From: Candidatus Izemoplasmatales bacterium
GTDB lineage: Bacteria > Bacillota_I > Bacilli_A > Izemoplasmatales > Hujiaoplasmataceae
Length of the DNA stretch: 64,000 bases
Assembly: GCA_050949045.1 (NCBI GenBank)
Contig: JBMNEZ010000001.1
Location: 1,280,001 to 1,344,000, forward strand
Direction of reading: 5' to 3'
Shown here: positions 51,376 to 61,243 of the stretch, piece after piece
How the letters are laid out: each line of letters starts with the position of its first letter
Numbering within the stretch: the stretch's first letter is position 1
Program-made: the position numbers and the translations under genes
The notes under the pieces: generated by a model
Seen by the model: the letters and a program-made list of their open reading frames with translations, nothing else
Told to the model about the DNA's origin: nothing
Databases searched by the model: none

Positions 51376-53349
51376 ATGAAACTAATACTTACATTCAAAA
51401 AAGCCTTCATTGCCTTCTCACTGCTCTGTTTAAGTTTGATTTTTGTTGCCTGTTCCTCCATTACAAGTGAATCCACGAGTCTGACCGGTACCCCCGGTCA
51501 GACGACTGAGTCCGGGGGGAACAATGTCACCACGCATCCATCCTCAAAGACACCGCCCGATGTGACAGTTTCAGAGATTCAGGCGACGGAAATAATGGTT
51601 TCGGGAAGTTTGTATGTCAGTGCCGGTACCACCAATTATTATACGGCAACTGTCATTCCGGACAACGCCATCAATCTTTCGGTGGAATGGAGCGTGACTT
51701 CTCGGGGAGGACAGGCAGAAATCGATCAGAACGGTGCGCTGCATGCGATTAGTCCTGGGGGAGTCACCGTAAAAGCCACAGCCACAAACGGGCTTTTTGC
51801 AGAGAAAAATGTGGCTATTTTGAGTGTATCAATACCGGTTCAAAGCGTGGAAATTATCGGAGAAGAACTCGTCAACCACGGAGAAAGATCAAATTATTCC
51901 ATTATCGTCACTCCGGTCAATGCTACCTATAGTTTAGTGGAGTGGGGAATCGAATCCGGAGAAGCGAAAATTGATAGCAACGGAAGATTAGCTCCTAAAA
52001 GCAGCGGCTCTGTCACTTTATCTGTCAGCGTGGATGGAATAACCGCTACAAAAACGATTAACGTCGCCGCTTATACCGGTTCGGTATCCAATGTGAAAGT
52101 CTTGCTCAATCGCGTTGACTTGCGCAATACAGTCCTCAAAGATTACGAACGGGAATTCGAAGCGCTGTTCCCTATGTATAACGTAACCTTTGAAACATTA
52201 CTCGATTATGAGAATAATTCTCGGATCAGGCTAATGGGCGGAGATTATGGCGATGTGTTGCTGATACCTTCATCGGTCAGCGCCCAGAACCTGCCTTATT
52301 ATTTTGCTCCCATCGGCAGCCTTGACACGTTGTCGCTGTCTTGGCGGTATGTCAGTCAAAAATCATATAATGGACTGGTCTATGGATTACCCACCTATGG
52401 CAATGTGAATGGAATTATCTACAACAAAAAAGTGTTTGCGAATGCGGGAATAGAGAACGTGCCGACCACGCCGGAAGAGTTTTTAGCCGCAATGCAAACT
52501 ATCAAGACCCATTATTCGGGAAATTCCGATTTCTTAGCTCCCTTTTACACCAACAAGAAAGATAGTTGGCCGCTCGATCAATGGCAAGGGAATGTCTCCA
52601 GCGTTAGCGGAGACCCGAATTACTATTACAATATTCTTCCTCAAGATCGCAACGCTTTCAGTGTTGGAAGCCCGCATTACATCGTCTACAAACTGCTTTA
52701 CGATCTAGTTCGTCAAGGATTGATCGAGGACGATCCATCAACGACAAACTGGGAACGTTCGAAAATCGAATTTGTCAAAGGCAATATTGGTTCGATGGTC
52801 GCTGGCAGCTGGGCGGTCAGCCAATTTATGGATGTAGCCGCTAAAGTCAGAGACGGGACTCATCAATATGATAATGGAACCCCGGCAGAACAATCAGACT
52901 TAGCCAACCCGGCTGATGTTGGATATATGCCGTTTCCGTATACGAATAAGGATGGAAAGATTTATTCTGCACATAGCCCCGATTTTTTCATCGGTATCAA
53001 ACGCAATACCACCAATATGCAAGGATCAATCGATTTCATGATGTGGTTTTTACAAGAATCGGGCTATTATCAGTTGACGGGCGGAATTCCTCCTAGATCC
53101 GATATGCCGTTTCCTGCAGTTATTCAAGCTTTTGAGGATCTTGGTGCTGTCTTATTTGAAGAAGTTTCAGCAACCGGATCAATGCTCGGAAAACTGGAGC
53201 TTGTGGAATCCTATAGCGGAATTGTGTTATGGAATCCAGATTGGAAAAGTTCCTTGTTTGAGAACGCCTACTATAATTTAAAAACTTATAACCAGATTGC
53301 TTCAGAACTCAATAGCATGTGGAACTTGGGGATTGACCTTGCGGATTAA
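51376..53349 (+). CDS. ABC sugar solute-binding lipoprotein with 2 N-terminal Big_2-like domains
   Basis: Lipobox FVAC; GDYGDVL, VYGLP, IIYNKKVF, GSWAVSQ, YMPFP; followed by two permeases. Confidence 0.88.
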   Translation: MKLILTFKKAFIAFSLLCLSLIFVACSSITSESTSLTGTPGQTTESGGNNVTTHPSSKTPPDVTVSEIQATEIMVSGSLYVSAGTTNYYTATVIPDNAINLSVEWSVTSRGGQAEIDQNGALHAISPGGVTVKATATNGLFAEKNVAILSVSIPVQSVEIIGEELVNHGERSNYSIIVTPVNATYSLVEWGIESGEAKIDSNGRLAPKSSGSVTLSVSVDGITATKTINVAAYTGSVSNVKVLLNRVDLRNTVLKDYEREFEALFPMYNVTFETLLDYENNSRIRLMGGDYGDVLLIPSSVSAQNLPYYFAPIGSLDTLSLSWRYVSQKSYNGLVYGLPTYGNVNGIIYNKKVFANAGIENVPTTPEEFLAAMQTIKTHYSGNSDFLAPFYTNKKDSWPLDQWQGNVSSVSGDPNYYYNILPQDRNAFSVGSPHYIVYKLLYDLVRQGLIEDDPSTTNWERSKIEFVKGNIGSMVAGSWAVSQFMDVAAKVRDGTHQYDNGTPAEQSDLANPADVGYMPFPYTNKDGKIYSAHSPDFFIGIKRNTTNMQGSIDFMMWFLQESGYYQLTGGIPPRSDMPFPAVIQAFEDLGAVLFEEVSATGSMLGKLELVESYSGIVLWNPDWKSSLFENAYYNLKTYNQIASELNSMWNLGIDLAD

Positions 53350-53387
53350 ACAATCGGATTTTCGAGACTGAATATACTACTCAGGAA

Positions 53388-54305
53388 GTGAAAATGATCC
53401 AGGCTTTTAACAATTTAAAAAGCAAAAAACCGCAAAAACTGGCACAGTTAAAAACACAAAAAATCATTTTGATTGTTTCATTTTTGATTGTGCCTCTCTT
53501 TTTATTGCTTTTCTTTACTTATCTTCCGGCTTTCAATATGATTCGCTACAGTTTTTTCCGCTGGGACGGCACTTCTCCCGAAATGATTTGGGTTGGCTGG
53601 AAAAACTATGAAATCCTGTTTCGAAATCCACAATACCTGACGGTGATGGCCAACGCTCTTTATTATTTGGGTGCTTCATTTTTACAACTTTTGCTGGCAT
53701 TGATTATTGCCTTTATCCTGTCATTCAAATTCCGTGGGTCGAATTTCTTTAAAGGCGTTTTCTTTTTCCCTTACCTGTTGAATGGAGTTGCCGTCGCTCT
53801 GATGTTTTTATTTTTCTTTGAACCCAAAGGCACTCTCAACACAATTCTCAGGTTTCTGGGTGCGGACAGCGCCATAACACTGTGGCTGATCAAACCGAAA
53901 GTAAATAACATTTTGTTGGCATCGATTTCAATCTGGCGTTATATCGGATTTAACATCGTCATTTTCATTGCAGCAATTCAATCGATTTCTCCGGAGATTT
54001 ATGAAGCGGCAGAAGTCGATGGAGCCAATCGCAGTCAAATACTCTGGCGCATCGTTTTTCCCAACATCAAAATGATTGTCGGTTTGAATTTGATACTCGC
54101 AATCAAAGGCGCGATCAGCGTTTTTGAAGTGCCGTTTTTGATCACCGGTGGTGACTGGGGCACTTCAACCTTTGTGATCAAGGCGTTGAACATTACTTTT
54201 GGCGCCAACCCTCAATATGGACTCGGATCGGCTTTTGCAGTCGTGCTCTTAGTGATGATACTAGTTATTTCGGGACTGCAAAAACTATTGATAAGGGAAG
54301 AGTAG
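53388..54305 (+). CDS. Carbohydrate ABC transporter permease
   Basis: EAA motif IYEAAEVDGAN; six TM. Confidence 0.93.
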   Translation: MKMIQAFNNLKSKKPQKLAQLKTQKIILIVSFLIVPLFLLLFFTYLPAFNMIRYSFFRWDGTSPEMIWVGWKNYEILFRNPQYLTVMANALYYLGASFLQLLLALIIAFILSFKFRGSNFFKGVFFFPYLLNGVAVALMFLFFFEPKGTLNTILRFLGADSAITLWLIKPKVNNILLASISIWRYIGFNIVIFIAAIQSISPEIYEAAEVDGANRSQILWRIVFPNIKMIVGLNLILAIKGAISVFEVPFLITGGDWGTSTFVIKALNITFGANPQYGLGSAFAVVLLVMILVISGLQKLLIREE

Positions 54306-54314
54306 GTGAATTAA

Positions 54315-55190
54315 ATGACTGAACGCACCGCTCAATTGGCAAAGATCAAAAGTCGTTTTGCTACAATTATCAAGTACTCAGTTTTGATTTCTTTGACGTT
54401 TATCGTCATTTTGCCGATGATTCCCATTTTCTTTGGGTCGTTTAAGACGAATTACGAATTTTATTCCTCTTCGGTTTGGGCATTGCCGAAATCGTTCTTA
54501 AATTTTGAAAATTACCGAATCGCTTTCACACAAGGGAACATGCTCTTAAGTTTTGGCAACACATTGTTGATTATGGTTGTCTCGATCACGATCAGTGTCA
54601 TGATCGGGTCGATGACGGCATATGTATTGCAGCGATTTCGTTTTCGTGGGCGCAAAGCGATCACCTTCCTCTTCTTGTTTGCGGCCTTACTCCCGACCAT
54701 TACCTTGAATATTGCCATATTCAGTTTAATGTCTTGGATCGGACGCAATTTGGGGATACAGATTATCAATACTCGGTTTGCCGCAATCATCTTGTTTTCA
54801 GGGACAGATATCATCACTGTTTACATTTTCATGCAATTCTTGAAACACATTCCCTTGGCGATTGATGAGTCGGCTATCATTGACGGAGCCAGTTATTTTC
54901 GCATCTTTTTCTCGATTATTATGCCCTTGCTCGTTCCGGCGATTACCACTGTGGTTATCTTGAAATTTGTGGCGATCTATAACGATTTCTATATTCCAAT
55001 GCTATACATGCCAAGAAGTGATCTAGTGGTAATCTCGACAGCCCTTGACAATTTCCGTGGACCTTTTGGAAGTCAGTGGGAAGTCATTTGTGCCGGACAA
55101 ATGATAACGATATTTCCCATTTTAGTGATTTTTCTTTCCCTGCAGAAATACATCTATAAAGGTTTGTTAATCGGTTCGGTTAAAGAGTGA
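54315..55190 (+). CDS. Carbohydrate ABC transporter permease
   Basis: DESAIIDGAS; C-terminal GSVKE. Confidence 0.93.
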   Translation: MTERTAQLAKIKSRFATIIKYSVLISLTFIVILPMIPIFFGSFKTNYEFYSSSVWALPKSFLNFENYRIAFTQGNMLLSFGNTLLIMVVSITISVMIGSMTAYVLQRFRFRGRKAITFLFLFAALLPTITLNIAIFSLMSWIGRNLGIQIINTRFAAIILFSGTDIITVYIFMQFLKHIPLAIDESAIIDGASYFRIFFSIIMPLLVPAITTVVILKFVAIYNDFYIPMLYMPRSDLVVISTALDNFRGPFGSQWEVICAGQMITIFPILVIFLSLQKYIYKGLLIGSVKE

Positions 55191-55221
55191 TGCACAACGA
55201 CAAGAGAAAGAAAGGGTCTAC

Positions 55222-56388
55222 ATGAGCAAAGCAATCGATGTTCATCTCCGGAATAAAATCATTCCTTTCTGGAATCAACAAGTGGATAAGCAATATGGTG
55301 GTTTTTACGGGTTTGCCGAGGTGGATTTGATACCGAATCAATTTGGCGACAAAGGCTCGATCAAAATGGCTCGGTTATTGTGGGCGTATTCCGCACTTTA
55401 CCGACACTATCGGGAGTTAACCTATCTTAAACACGCTCAAATTGCCTACGATTATTTAATGAAGCATCTTTATGACAAGGACCATCAGGGAGTATACTGG
55501 AAAACGTCGTATTCTGGGCAAATCATCAATGACACAAAACATATCTATGCTCAAAGTTTTGCGATCTATGGTTTTTCAGAGTATTATCTGGCAACCCAAA
55601 ACAAAGAGGCTCTTAAGTATGCTTGTGCGGTATTCCAGATTATTGAAGAAAAGTCCTATTTCAAGAAAACGAATAGCTATCATGAACAATTCACTCGGAA
55701 CTGGATTCCGGTCAAAAACACCTTATTGGCCAGCAATTCGTTTCTTCCCGCTTATACGACAAATACCTTAATTCATCTGATTGAAGCTTATACATCGCTA
55801 TATTGCGCCTCAAGACGTCGGGATGTGCGGGAGCGTCTAATTGGCTTGTTAGAGTTATTTGTGGATCGGGCATTTGATAAATCGCGTTGTGCCTGCCATA
55901 CGGAGTTTGACGATTCTTGGCGGCCGATCGATGACACAATTTCTTTTGGACATGATATCGAAACCAGTTGGTTGATTGACCGAGCCATGGATAAGATTCA
56001 ATACCGCCCAGTACAATTGACGGAAATGACCGCCGCGTTATGCGAAAATGTGTTAAAAAACGGTTATTTTGAGGGCATGATCGACAGTTGCAGAGATGAT
56101 GAAAAAACAAATAAACCCTTGGTATGGTGGATTCAAGCTGAAGCCGTCATCGGGTTTTTAAATCATTTCCAGAAAACTGGGGAAAAAGCATATCTTGAAG
56201 CTGCGAGAAAAACTTTAGATGTGACAATGACCAAAATCGTCGATCATCGAGATGGAGGCGAATGGTTTTGGGCCGTTGATCAAACAGGCAAACCGCTTAA
56301 AGATTATGGCATCAGTGAAAACTGGAAGGCCAATTATCATAATGTTCGTATGTGCTTGGAAATACTAGAAAGAGGTGAACTGCTTTGA
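55222..56388 (+). CDS. Cellobiose/mannobiose 2-epimerase (AGE family)
   Basis: IIPFW, GGFYG, KHIYAQSFAIYG, SFGHDIE, WWIQAE, WKANYHN. Confidence 0.9.
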   Translation: MSKAIDVHLRNKIIPFWNQQVDKQYGGFYGFAEVDLIPNQFGDKGSIKMARLLWAYSALYRHYRELTYLKHAQIAYDYLMKHLYDKDHQGVYWKTSYSGQIINDTKHIYAQSFAIYGFSEYYLATQNKEALKYACAVFQIIEEKSYFKKTNSYHEQFTRNWIPVKNTLLASNSFLPAYTTNTLIHLIEAYTSLYCASRRRDVRERLIGLLELFVDRAFDKSRCACHTEFDDSWRPIDDTISFGHDIETSWLIDRAMDKIQYRPVQLTEMTAALCENVLKNGYFEGMIDSCRDDEKTNKPLVWWIQAEAVIGFLNHFQKTGEKAYLEAARKTLDVTMTKIVDHRDGGEWFWAVDQTGKPLKDYGISENWKANYHNVRMCLEILERGELL

Positions 56389-57557
56389 TTCATGCCGATT
56401 ATTATCGTCTCGCCAAAAAGCAAAAACGGTTACTGCAGAGAAAAAACAAGATTGACCACACATTTTACAATGGAATCTATCAACGTTATTTGTATCCGGT
56501 GTTGACTAATGATCACGTTCCTCTTCATTGGCGATACGATCTCTCAATGACCGAGAATCCCTATTTAATTGAACGGCTTGGCATCAATTCGGTATTCAAT
56601 CCCGGCGCGATTTTTCATGAAGGTTCCTATTATTTAATGGCGCGAGTGGAAGGCACGGACCGAAAGTCGTTTTTCGCCATCGCAAAAAGCACGACCGGAA
56701 TCGATCGTTTTGAGTTTATTGATCAACCGGTTTTATGGGACAAGGCATTGGCGGATGAAGTCAATATGTATGATATCAGACTTGTGAAGCATCAAGACGG
56801 TGCGATCTATGGCACGTATTGTTCAGAAGCGGAAGACACGACCAATTCTTCTAAGTCAGCTTCGGCTATTGCCAGAACGGCCTTGGTAAGAACCTACGAT
56901 CTCAAACACTGGGAAATGATCGGGCTCATCAAAACAAAAGCCAATCAACAACGAAATATGGTTCTTCATCCTGAATTCGTTCAAGGAAAGTACGCTTTTT
57001 ACACCCGTCCTCAAGACGGCTTTATTGAAACGGGTAGCGGAGGCGGTATCGGGTTGGGATTATGTGACGATATCAATCATCCAGTCATCGAACAAGAAAC
57101 GATCTTGTCTCCCAAACGCTATCATACGGTATATGAAGCCAAAAACGGACAAGGGCCAGCCCCCATTAAAACCGATAAAGGGTGGATTCATATTGCGCAC
57201 GGTGTCCGAGAAACGGCGGCTGGATATCGTTATGTCCTTTACGCATTTGCGACGAGTTTGACGGATCCTTTCAAAGTGATATCCTCCCCCAGCGGGTATT
57301 TCTTGGCTCCGCTAAAAGATGAAAGAGTTGGAGATGTATCCAATGTTGTCTTTTCCAATGGCGCGATTGTGAATGAGTCACAAGAAGTTTTCGTCTATTA
57401 TGCGGGGAGCGATTCGCGAACCTATGTGGCTACAACCAACTTATCTATACTTCAAGATTACGTATTCAATTCACCGCAAGAAATGTTCACATCAACCGAT
57501 TGCATCAAGCAACGAATAGCCCTCATTGAAAAAAATAAATCTCTTTTGAAAGGATAA
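56385..57557 (+). CDS. 4-O-beta-D-mannosyl-D-glucose phosphorylase (GH130)
   Basis: VPLHWRYD, RVEGTDRKSFFA, QQRN, YTRPQDGFI, RVGDVSNVVF. Confidence 0.9.
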   Translation: MIHADYYRLAKKQKRLLQRKNKIDHTFYNGIYQRYLYPVLTNDHVPLHWRYDLSMTENPYLIERLGINSVFNPGAIFHEGSYYLMARVEGTDRKSFFAIAKSTTGIDRFEFIDQPVLWDKALADEVNMYDIRLVKHQDGAIYGTYCSEAEDTTNSSKSASAIARTALVRTYDLKHWEMIGLIKTKANQQRNMVLHPEFVQGKYAFYTRPQDGFIETGSGGGIGLGLCDDINHPVIEQETILSPKRYHTVYEAKNGQGPAPIKTDKGWIHIAHGVRETAAGYRYVLYAFATSLTDPFKVISSPSGYFLAPLKDERVGDVSNVVFSNGAIVNESQEVFVYYAGSDSRTYVATTNLSILQDYVFNSPQEMFTSTDCIKQRIALIEKNKSLLKG

Positions 57558-57562
57558 AGCAT

Positions 57563-58582
57563 ATGGCAAAGATAGTGAAAACCTTGGCGACTTCATCGCT
57601 GATTCCTTGGCAGAATCCGCCACAAAACATGACCGCTCCGGTTTGGCGATATTCGAATAACCCCATCATTGGAAGAAATCCTCTTCCGGGAGTTTCTCGA
57701 ATTTTCAACAGCGCGGTAACTCCTTTCGGGGATGGTTTTGCGGGCGTGTTTCGAGTGGAAACCACTTCTTCACTGCCGCACCTTCGCGTAGGAAAAAGCC
57801 TTAACGGAATCAATTGGACGTTCGCAGAAAGCCCAATCAATTTCTATGATTCGGAAAACAAGATTTGGAATCCCTATTATGCCTATGATCCCCGCGTGAT
57901 CCAAATTGATAAAGAATACTATATTGTATGGTGTACTGAATTTCACGGACCATCGATTGGAATCGCCAAAACAAGGGATTTCATCAGATTTGAGCGTTTG
58001 GAGAACGCCTTCCTTCCTTTTAATCGAAATGGAGTTTTGTTTCCTCGTAAAATCAAGGGGAAGTATAAGTTGTTGAGCCGACCGAGCGATGGTGGTCATA
58101 CACCATTTGGAGACATCTTTATTTCGGAGAGCGATGACTGTGTGTATTGGGGAAAACATCGTCATGTAATGGGAAAAGGTGGAAGCGGTTGGTGGCAAAA
58201 TCTTAAAATCGGTGGTGGACCCGCGCCAATCGAAACCGACGAAGGTTGGTTGCTTTTCTATCATGGTGTCACCAACACATGTAACGGCTATGTGTATTCC
58301 ATGGGAGTAGCTCTTTTGGATCTGGAAGAACCTTCAATCGTAATCAAAAGAGCCAGTGATTATTGTCTCACTCCTGAAATGCCCTATGAAGAAGTAGGTT
58401 TTGTTCCCAATGTCGTCTTCCCTTGTGCAGCAATCGCAGAAGCCGAGACTGGACGAATTGCGATCTATTACGGAGCTGCGGACAGTTATGTGGCCTTGGC
58501 TTTTACCGATATTGACACGATTTTTCGCTTTCTTCAAACTCATCATGAGCCGATTGGCGATGATCAATCTCTGGGAAAATAA
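57563..58582 (+). CDS. Beta-1,4-mannooligosaccharide phosphorylase (GH130)
   Basis: VWRYSNNPII, IFNSAV, YDPRV, PFNRNGVLFP, RPSDGGHTPFGDI. Confidence 0.9.
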   Translation: MAKIVKTLATSSLIPWQNPPQNMTAPVWRYSNNPIIGRNPLPGVSRIFNSAVTPFGDGFAGVFRVETTSSLPHLRVGKSLNGINWTFAESPINFYDSENKIWNPYYAYDPRVIQIDKEYYIVWCTEFHGPSIGIAKTRDFIRFERLENAFLPFNRNGVLFPRKIKGKYKLLSRPSDGGHTPFGDIFISESDDCVYWGKHRHVMGKGGSGWWQNLKIGGGPAPIETDEGWLLFYHGVTNTCNGYVYSMGVALLDLEEPSIVIKRASDYCLTPEMPYEEVGFVPNVVFPCAAIAEAETGRIAIYYGAADSYVALAFTDIDTIFRFLQTHHEPIGDDQSLGK

Positions 58583-58725
58583 TGGGTTCTTTACACCCGA
58601 AGCTACTTTCATTTGAAAGAGTTGAATAAAACGGCTTGATCAAAAGATGTCTCAAGGATCAGTTAAATGAAACTGGCAGAGGATTTGTAGGTATCGGCGG
58701 ATTGACTCTTCTTCAACCAATATTC

Positions 58726-58753
58726 AGAATACCCGTTGTCTGGGTATTCTTTT
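58726..58753 (+). terminator. Intrinsic terminator
   Basis: AGAATACCC...GGGTATTCT-TTT. Confidence 0.7.
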
Positions 58754-58894
58754 CGAATAATGAGATAGATGATTTGCGGCTATTTGAAGTGGCAACAAGG
58801 AGAAATCATTTGAATTTACAATCGAATACAAAAGGGTTCAATGCTTGATAGGGTGTTCGATCCAATCACTTATGTTTCAAAGGGGGAAGATTAA

Positions 58895-61243
58895 ATGTTT
58901 AAGAGCCGCACCGTTTTGATTATCATCCTTATTTTTATGATGTTTGGATGTTCATCTCTTCCTGACGGAACTTTTTCAACCATAACTACCCCCACAATGC
59001 CGTTAACTTCAACAACCTGTATTCCACCAACAACAATTTTACCGACGACCACACAGCAAACAACGCCCACGCCGACAACAATGCTCCCTACGACTCTTCC
59101 ATCCACGACCCTGCCTGAAAGCACAACAGTTGGCACTAACACAACGACCAATTCGACAATTACCACGACGATATCGACAAAAACAAATCCAATACCTCTT
59201 CAGGCGCCTAAGACCGTTTTTGTGAAAGACGGCATCTTGGTTTGGTCAGAAGTGGAACTGGCAGTTGGCTATCTTGTCTTGATTGATGGTCAAGAAATAT
59301 CAGTTGATCACTCGCCCCTCATTTTGGCTCAATTAGCGGTCGGAATGCATCAAATACAGATCAAAGCGCTGGGAAACTCAACCGTGTCACAAGACTCTGA
59401 ATTCAGTGTGCCCATCTACTACGAGGTCGAAGCACCTAAACCGCGGCTTCTTGATCGGCCGAACAACGTTATTGTGACTGGATCGACCCTATCTTGGGAC
59501 GAGGTCACTGGTGCAATCGAATATGCCATCCAGGTCAATGATGATCCCGAGATGATCGTTTTATCCAATTCGCTTGATCTTGGCGTTCTCGCTCCAGGAA
59601 CATATCTGATTAAGATAATCGCCAAAGGCAATCAAGAAACGACTCAGGATTCGCCCGCCTCAACCATTGAACACATTATCGAGGCGAAGCAACTTGCACA
59701 AGTGCAAGCATTTCAAATTGTCGATAATGTTTTGTCATGGGACGAGGTTGAGTTTGCTTTCTCTTATCTGATTGATATCCAAGGGGAAGTGTTTTCTTCT
59801 CCAACACCTTGCTTTGAACTAAACCTCAGTGTTCCCGGAGAATATCAGATTTTCATCAAAGCTGTCGGCGATTCTTTGTTTTATTTGGATTCAATCTGGT
59901 CAGAAGCTATTATTTACCAGGTTGCCGAAACTAATCCTTTTATTACGGTTGAAGGCGACCAACTGTTTTTGAAAGGGGAAACGTTCCGGTTTGTATCTTT
60001 TAATGTACCCAATTTGCATGTTCTTGAAGATCCTTACTGGCATCGGGCGGATCCTTGGGAGCAAGAAGACGCTATCCGATCGGTAAAAATGATGGGGGGT
60101 CGAGTGATTCGCACCTATACTCTTTCTATAACGGGAGGAATCAGGCCCAAGGAATCCGGCAATCAACTAGCTCATATTTTGGGAAAAGGGGTATATTCGG
60201 AAGAATTGTTTGTCGATCTCGACAAGGCGATTCAATTAGCCGGAGAACATGGTGTATATCTAATCATACCTTTGATTGATGAGTGGAGTTGGTTTGGGGG
60301 GATCACTGAGTTTTCCGCTTTGTACGGAAAGACAAAATCACAGTTTTTTACGAACGCAGAAGTCAAACAAGGGTTCAAAGACCTCATTTTTTACGTGTTG
60401 AATCGGACCAACACATTCACAGGAGTAAAATACAAGGATGACCCGGCCATTTTGGCATGGGAGCTCGGAAACGAATTGCGCAGTGCGACAGATCCGTGGA
60501 TTGCTGAAATGGCGACATATGTCAAGAGTATCGATTCCAATCATTTGTTAATGAGCGGCAGGGACAAAATCACCTCTGCGGATTTGAATAATCCCAATAT
60601 TGATATCGTGTCATCGCATTATTATGCGAACAACGGGACAGGTTCATTTGCGGATCGAGCCAAAGCGGACCGCGCGTTATCTTTAGGTAAAAAGCCTTTT
60701 ATCATCGGAGAATACGGACTGGTTGATGTTCAACAAATAGAAAACATGATTGTCGAATCTGTCAATAACGGAACTAGCGGCAGCCTTATCTGGAGTTTGC
60801 GTTATCGAAATGTCAATGGCGGATTCTATTACCATAACGACATACCGTCGCGTTCATATCATTTTCCCGGGTACTCTTTGAATGATGATTATTTTGAAAC
60901 AAGGATTATCAATTTCATCATTGAACAGGCTCATCTTGTCGCTGGAGGCTCTACTTATACTCCCACGATTCCCGATCAGCCGTTTCTCTTTGCCATCCAA
61001 AATGCGGAATTAACATGGCGAGGAGCCACAGGCTCCGCTTCCTTTTCCATTGAAAGAAGAGAAGCGGGAACTGATCAATGGGCGGAATTGGCGAATCATG
61101 TTTTGGACGCTTTTGTCTCGGGGCCATTTTACGTTGATCAGTCGGTTGAAGCAGGAAAAACTTATGAGTATCGAATTCGAGCTGCCAACCTAGCGGGATA
61201 CTCGGAATACTCCAATATTGTGGTTTATTCTCAACCAAATTGA
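58895..61243 (+). CDS. Lipoprotein GH5 mannanase-like hydrolase with Thr/Pro linker, 3 FN3-like repeats and a C-terminal FN3
   Basis: Lipobox MFGC; three LxWxEV repeats; YKDDPAILAWELGNE, IIGEYG. Confidence 0.85.
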   Translation: MFKSRTVLIIILIFMMFGCSSLPDGTFSTITTPTMPLTSTTCIPPTTILPTTTQQTTPTPTTMLPTTLPSTTLPESTTVGTNTTTNSTITTTISTKTNPIPLQAPKTVFVKDGILVWSEVELAVGYLVLIDGQEISVDHSPLILAQLAVGMHQIQIKALGNSTVSQDSEFSVPIYYEVEAPKPRLLDRPNNVIVTGSTLSWDEVTGAIEYAIQVNDDPEMIVLSNSLDLGVLAPGTYLIKIIAKGNQETTQDSPASTIEHIIEAKQLAQVQAFQIVDNVLSWDEVEFAFSYLIDIQGEVFSSPTPCFELNLSVPGEYQIFIKAVGDSLFYLDSIWSEAIIYQVAETNPFITVEGDQLFLKGETFRFVSFNVPNLHVLEDPYWHRADPWEQEDAIRSVKMMGGRVIRTYTLSITGGIRPKESGNQLAHILGKGVYSEELFVDLDKAIQLAGEHGVYLIIPLIDEWSWFGGITEFSALYGKTKSQFFTNAEVKQGFKDLIFYVLNRTNTFTGVKYKDDPAILAWELGNELRSATDPWIAEMATYVKSIDSNHLLMSGRDKITSADLNNPNIDIVSSHYYANNGTGSFADRAKADRALSLGKKPFIIGEYGLVDVQQIENMIVESVNNGTSGSLIWSLRYRNVNGGFYYHNDIPSRSYHFPGYSLNDDYFETRIINFIIEQAHLVAGGSTYTPTIPDQPFLFAIQNAELTWRGATGSASFSIERREAGTDQWAELANHVLDAFVSGPFYVDQSVEAGKTYEYRIRAANLAGYSEYSNIVVYSQPN

